This document shows, in pieces, positions 16,442 through 20,000 of a stretch of DNA of 20,000 nucleotides. The DNA comes from an uncultured virus (IMG/VR IMGVR_UViG_3300037010_002878). Its lineage: Duplodnaviria; Heunggongvirae; Uroviricota; Caudoviricetes. The stretch covers positions 56,398 to 76,397 of IMG/VR virus record IMGVR_UViG_3300037010_002878. The stretch is one strand, 5' to 3'. Position numbers and translations under genes: made by a program. The stretch's first letter is position 1; every line of letters begins with the position of its first letter. The notes beneath the pieces are model-generated. The model searched no databases. It worked only from the letters and a program-made list of their open reading frames with translations, and was not told the origin of the DNA.

Positions 16442-16934
16442 AGAAAACTTCAGGTCTGAATGGGTGAATTTTATCAGCTAAAATTTTCTTTAATGCATTG
16501 CGATCTACTTCGGTTTCAGAAACAAAAACTTTTCTATTTTTGTTTATTTCTTCATTCAATCGTTCATATATAAAAATTAAATTATCAATAAAAGATCCTA
16601 ATATATAATTTCCTTCTATTAGCCTAAAACCCATATGATGAACTTGATTTTGATCTACAAATGTCAATGCTAAAGGGTCTTTTTTAATATCTTCATAGAA
16701 ACTTATAGCATAAAAACCACGATTGTTTTCATCTAAATTTAATTCTTTTATAGTGTGAATACCTCTAGCTATGTTAAAATAGATTACTTTGTCTCCATTT
16801 CTTCCGCCAAGATGGATATCTGAATAATAAATCCCCGCAGCCAATCCAGATTCTTCACACATCTTAGACATAAATTCTAGACGTTCTTCAAGACTAAACT
16901 CTTCTGGTATATTTAAATCAACAAATTTATCCAT
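16437..16934 (-). CDS. hypothetical protein ending in RPEVFL
   Basis: 165-aa ORF with AAGGG RBS, directly after a promoter. Confidence 0.75.
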   Translation of the reverse strand: MDKFVDLNIPEEFSLEERLEFMSKMCEESGLAAGIYYSDIHLGGRNGDKVIYFNIARGIHTIKELNLDENNRGFYAISFYEDIKKDPLALTFVDQNQVHHMGFRLIEGNYILGSFIDNLIFIYERLNEEINKNRKVFVSETEVDRNALKKILADKIHPFRPEVFL

Positions 16935-16948
16935 AGTTTCCCTTGTTT

Positions 16949-16956
16949 TATAAATA
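16949..16956 (+). promoter_or_regulatory. T4-type late promoter TATAAATA
   Basis: Exact match about 40 nt upstream of the plus-strand ORF at 16998. Confidence 0.6.
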
Positions 16957-16978
16957 ATTATAACATAAAAAAACTTAA
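16957..16978 (-). promoter_or_regulatory. sigma70-type promoter
   Basis: Minus strand TTAAG TTTTTTTA TGTTATAAT. Confidence 0.7.
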
Positions 16979-16997
16979 AAACTATTGAAGGATTTAA

Positions 16998-17648
16998 ATG
17001 GCTTACATAACGGTAGACCCTTATTATAAAGTTTCTGACTATAATAGAATGTTATCCGCATTACAAAATAATGGGATTGAATATTCTCAATGGGTAGATA
17101 CTCGCCCTCCATATTATTGGTATATAAAAGTGTCAGACTCTGATATGCCTAAATTTGTGGATTTTGATGTTAAACCAAAAGCTGAAGAGAGATATTTAGT
17201 TAGCGCAATAGTACCGCAACGATCTCAAGATGCTTATTTACTTCTAAGAAGAGATACAGATCCAGCTACTAATATTTCTAAATTTGTAATGAATGATTAT
17301 TGGACAGAAGCATTATCATCTGATTATATGGTGATATTCAAATATAAAAGTAATGAAGATCTTAGAAAATTGTCACAAGATTTGGGTATAAAAATATATG
17401 AAATGGGAACACATCGTTGGAAATTATCTATGGCGTTTAACAAATATGTCAAAGGACATTTAACATCAGATCAGGTACTTTTTGAAAAAACCAAACAAGA
17501 TATGAAAGAGTTTAATAAGCCAGGTGAATTAGAAGCAGAGTTTAATTATAAGATTTTGAGAACTGAAAAGATAGAAGGAAAAACCCTAATTACAACTTAC
17601 TATAACAAAGGTGTTAAAGTTCCTGCAATTAAGGTTTCTGATGCTTAA
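16998..17648 (+). CDS. hypothetical protein (probably late-expressed)
   Basis: 216-aa ORF with AAGGA RBS and upstream TATAAATA. Confidence 0.75.
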   Translation: MAYITVDPYYKVSDYNRMLSALQNNGIEYSQWVDTRPPYYWYIKVSDSDMPKFVDFDVKPKAEERYLVSAIVPQRSQDAYLLLRRDTDPATNISKFVMNDYWTEALSSDYMVIFKYKSNEDLRKLSQDLGIKIYEMGTHRWKLSMAFNKYVKGHLTSDQVLFEKTKQDMKEFNKPGELEAEFNYKILRTEKIEGKTLITTYYNKGVKVPAIKVSDA

Positions 17649-17962
17649 GCATGAACGAATATTTTGTTGTCTTTTATTTCTACTTCTGTTGGTAGATTGT
17701 CGAGATTTTCTAAATATTTCATAGCATCTTTTATATCGCTTGAAAATGCTAATTCAATGTAAGCATTTCCTTTAGCATCATACGAAGTGTTTTTTATTTT
17801 ATATCCAGATATTCTTAATAATCGTTGAATCTCAAAAACTGGATCTGTTTTTGGTTTTTCATTCAAAGATGTAATTATCTTTATTCTTTCTCTAACAGCT
17901 TTAATTGAAGGTACTGCACCTTCAATGATAAAATCCTTTAATGCAAATTCAGAAAAATTCAT
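17645..17962 (-). CDS. hypothetical protein, possible internal head protein
   Basis: 105 aa directly behind the capsid-family gene; N-terminus MNFSEF...IIE|G resembles T4 capsid-targeting sequences. Confidence 0.65.
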   Translation of the reverse strand: MNFSEFALKDFIIEGAVPSIKAVRERIKIITSLNEKPKTDPVFEIQRLLRISGYKIKNTSYDAKGNAYIELAFSSDIKDAMKYLENLDNLPTEVEIKDNKIFVHA

Positions 17963-17972
17963 TTATTATTCC

Positions 17973-18911
17973 TTAGAACGCTGAAAGATCAACTGTAAAT
18001 TTATAAAAGAAATCGCTATTTGTGCCAGTTTCATCACGATCTGCTGGATTTTTTGTTAATGCGTATCTGTTATTAACAAATATTTTCATTGTACCATCAT
18101 GACCTGATGTGGATTCATACACCTGTGTTACATAAGGTGAGAAAATATATCCTGCATCACCTGGGTCTTTCCCTTGATGTCCTACGATTACATAATCATC
18201 TGTTGCATTGTTATCGATATAAATCTGAAAATTTGCAACAGTCCCAAGGTAGTTTTTATGTTCTGTTTTCTCAACTGAATCTGAACCCAATGTTAACATC
18301 ATACCAATTGATGGTGTACAGATTACAAATGGGTTAAAGAAACGGTTTGTTTTTGATAGAATTTCCCCGTAAAGTTTTTGTGCTTTATAGATGATTGAGT
18401 GTGTACCACCATCAAAATCAGAATCTGTTTTAGGAATGAGATGCCCTGCATCTCCTGCACATGCACGAATATCAGCAATTAATGCACTATTCATATCTTC
18501 AATTAATGTGTTTTTCAACCAAGCTGCTAGGAAACTATAACCATCTTCTCCATACAAATTAATCATATCTTGTATAAATTCAATAGTGAAATCTGTTTCT
18601 AAAATGTGATCTTTTGCTGTTACTAAAGTTCTACGTGTTTCTATACCTGAACCAGGTCCTTCAATAACATTATCATTTGCATCACGTTTACGGCCAATTG
18701 CAATAATATGACCTTCTGGACCTGTTAATGGTTGTATACTACAAATTTGTCCTGCAAGTGAAGATGGGTAAACTTCTTTAATAAGTTCTCCAATAATTCT
18801 ATCCGTAGGTACAATATCTGCACTTGTAGTAGCTTCATCCATTTTCACTAGTTCTTGAATTTTTGTTTTTATTGAATTTTCAATAATTAAATCTAACTGT
18901 GATTTCTTCAT
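17973..18911 (-). CDS. gp23/gp24-family capsid protein paralogue (short, vertex-like)
   Basis: LIKEVYPSSLAGQICSIQPLTGPEGHIIAI, FTIEFIQDM, YLGTV, IYIDN, YVIVGHQG, DAGYIFSPYV, RYALTKNP; only 312 aa. Confidence 0.85.
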   Translation of the reverse strand: MKKSQLDLIIENSIKTKIQELVKMDEATTSADIVPTDRIIGELIKEVYPSSLAGQICSIQPLTGPEGHIIAIGRKRDANDNVIEGPGSGIETRRTLVTAKDHILETDFTIEFIQDMINLYGEDGYSFLAAWLKNTLIEDMNSALIADIRACAGDAGHLIPKTDSDFDGGTHSIIYKAQKLYGEILSKTNRFFNPFVICTPSIGMMLTLGSDSVEKTEHKNYLGTVANFQIYIDNNATDDYVIVGHQGKDPGDAGYIFSPYVTQVYESTSGHDGTMKIFVNNRYALTKNPADRDETGTNSDFFYKFTVDLSAF

Positions 18912-18937
18912 AAAATGTCCTTAGTTATTAATTGATG

Positions 18938-18949
18938 TATTTATAAATA
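18938..18949. promoter_or_regulatory. bidirectional T4-type late promoter (palindrome TATTTATAAATA)
   Basis: TATAAATA on + (18942-18949) and on - (18938-18945), between divergent head genes. Confidence 0.72.
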
Positions 18950-19067
18950 TTCAAAAAAGGTATTTTTCATATCAATCGGACTTTTTTTAAGCTGGAAAAT
19001 TTTATCACATTGGAAGTTATAAGAATAATTCAGTTATACAAATTACTTACATTGTAAAAGGAATAAC

Positions 19068-19532
19068 ATGGCACCGAAACAAGGATGGTATAACCTAAAA
19101 AAACCAGAAAAATATATTAACTCCAAACAATCATTAACTTCTGGAAAAGGAATAAGATATATGTCTAGCTGGGAGGAACGGTTTTTCTTATTTTGTGACA
19201 TGAACCCAGCTGTAAAAAAGTGGAGCTCAGAACCATTTCCTATACCTTATTTTAATGAGGCAGATCAAAAAATGCATAGATATTTTGTAGACTTATATAT
19301 GGAATATGAAGATAGTGGGGGAAATATTAGAAGATGTTTAGTGGAAATAAAACCATTAAAAGAAACTATGCCTCCAAAACCACCCAAAAAGAAAACATCT
19401 AAAAGCGTTTTAGGTTTTGAGAAAGCTATGAAAACATATATCACTAACCAATGTAAATGGAAAGCGGCTAGAGAATTTTGTGATTTAAATAAACTGGAAT
19501 TTCGTATTATTACAGAGGAAGATCTGTTTTAA
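19068..19532 (+). CDS. T4 gp4-like head completion nuclease (TnsA-like fold)
   Basis: PEKY, YMSSWEERFFLFCDMNPAVKKWSSE, IPY, HRYFVD, LVEIKP, NQCKWKAA, FRIITEEDL. Confidence 0.9.
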   Translation: MAPKQGWYNLKKPEKYINSKQSLTSGKGIRYMSSWEERFFLFCDMNPAVKKWSSEPFPIPYFNEADQKMHRYFVDLYMEYEDSGGNIRRCLVEIKPLKETMPPKPPKKKTSKSVLGFEKAMKTYITNQCKWKAAREFCDLNKLEFRIITEEDLF

Positions 19533-19873
19533 TCTTTGTAAAAGATTTCTACAGAATCATCTTTATATGTTGGTGAATCAGATTCCCATGAAGCATAAAA
19601 TTCAGAAGGATTTTTAACTTTAATCCAATCTTTTACAGCTTGTAATGTTGCTTTACCTTTTGCATCAACATACTCTTTTTTAGCATCTTCTTTCCAAGCT
19701 TTTACCTTTTTTAATGGATCGATTTGTTGACCGAAATTATACTCAGCAAATCCTTGGTCTGAACCCAAGGCATTTATTTTAACTACCCACGTTTTTTTAC
19801 CAACTTTTTTGATGAAGGGTTTAACACCAGCTTCATTCATTGAGTCTAGAACAAATTCTTTAAACTTATTCAT
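19529..19873 (-). CDS. hypothetical protein, possible internal head protein
   Basis: 114 aa; N-terminus MNKFKEF...MNE|A is similar to T4 IP capsid-targeting sequences. Confidence 0.7.
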   Translation of the reverse strand: MNKFKEFVLDSMNEAGVKPFIKKVGKKTWVVKINALGSDQGFAEYNFGQQIDPLKKVKAWKEDAKKEYVDAKGKATLQAVKDWIKVKNPSEFYASWESDSPTYKDDSVEIFYKD

Positions 19874-20000
19874 GAGTTTAATTTACCTTTACTCAATTTT
19901 TCAATTAGATCTTTAATTCCGTTTAAAATCGGGTTAACACTATTAGAAACTTTAGAAGAATCATAAAGATCTTTATCTAGTTGATTAGCTAATTCACCTA
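19870..20000 (-). CDS. 3' end of a gene entering from the right edge
   Basis: Open frame ...GELANQLDKDLYDSSKVSNSVNPILNGIKDLIEKLSKGKLNS*, whose TGA overlaps the next ATG (ATGA). Confidence 0.6.
   Translation of the reverse strand, partial: GELANQLDKDLYDSSKVSNSVNPILNGIKDLIEKLSKGKLNS

Noticed and set aside
275..18337. Short antisense or nested ORFs in the track (275-487, 1895-2083, 2796-2999, 3433-3642, 4255-4446, 4506-4694, 6537-6725, 6657-6902, 8421-8636, 10867-11088, 12117-12359, 15040-15261, 15668-15946, 18089-18337)
   Set aside because: They lie within well-supported genes and lack motifs; treated as shadow ORFs
19068..19532. TnsA transposase of a Tn7-like element
   Set aside because: The motifs and context (capsid paralogue, late promoter) fit T4 gp4 head completion nuclease, which shares the fold; no tnsB/C is present
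1..20000. Genome-wide stop-codon reassignment (TAG recoding)
   Set aside because: All recognisable genes are full length in the standard code, and the gp2-like gene ends plausibly at TAG; there is only one suspicious amber
1..20000. tRNA, rRNA or CRISPR array
   Set aside because: No cloverleaf/T-loop signature or regularly spaced repeats were seen; intergenic gaps are short and AT-rich

Overview
AT-rich, densely packed segment of a large T4-like (myovirus-type) phage genome, mostly on the minus strand. The host is probably in Campylobacterota, inferred from eight copies of a TTAAG-N7/8-TGnTATAAT sigma70-type promoter. The left ~17 kb is an early/middle region: DNA ligase (partial), PIN-PhoH, bactofilin, a membrane-anchored lytic transglycosylase, a NadR/AAA_28-type kinase, a MazG-like/DUF3310-like fusion, Thg1, a metallophosphoesterase, a HEXXH-vWA protein, NAD kinase, a Cys-phosphatase, an endonuclease VII-like protein and a UL9/origin-binding-type helicase. 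The right end holds late genes with T4-type TATAAATA promoters: gp2-like, a short gp23/24-family capsid paralogue, gp4-like and possible internal head proteins. Most notable: (1) a MoxR-type AAA+ ATPase split between Walker A and Walker B into two separately promoted genes 2.3 kb apart; (2) a coupled transglycosylase-bactofilin pair inside that gap; (3) three unrelated proteins ending in the same PE[FLV][YF]L-stop motif; (4) a Cys-rich domain continuing in frame past an amber codon. All calls come from motif recognition by eye; no database searches were run.
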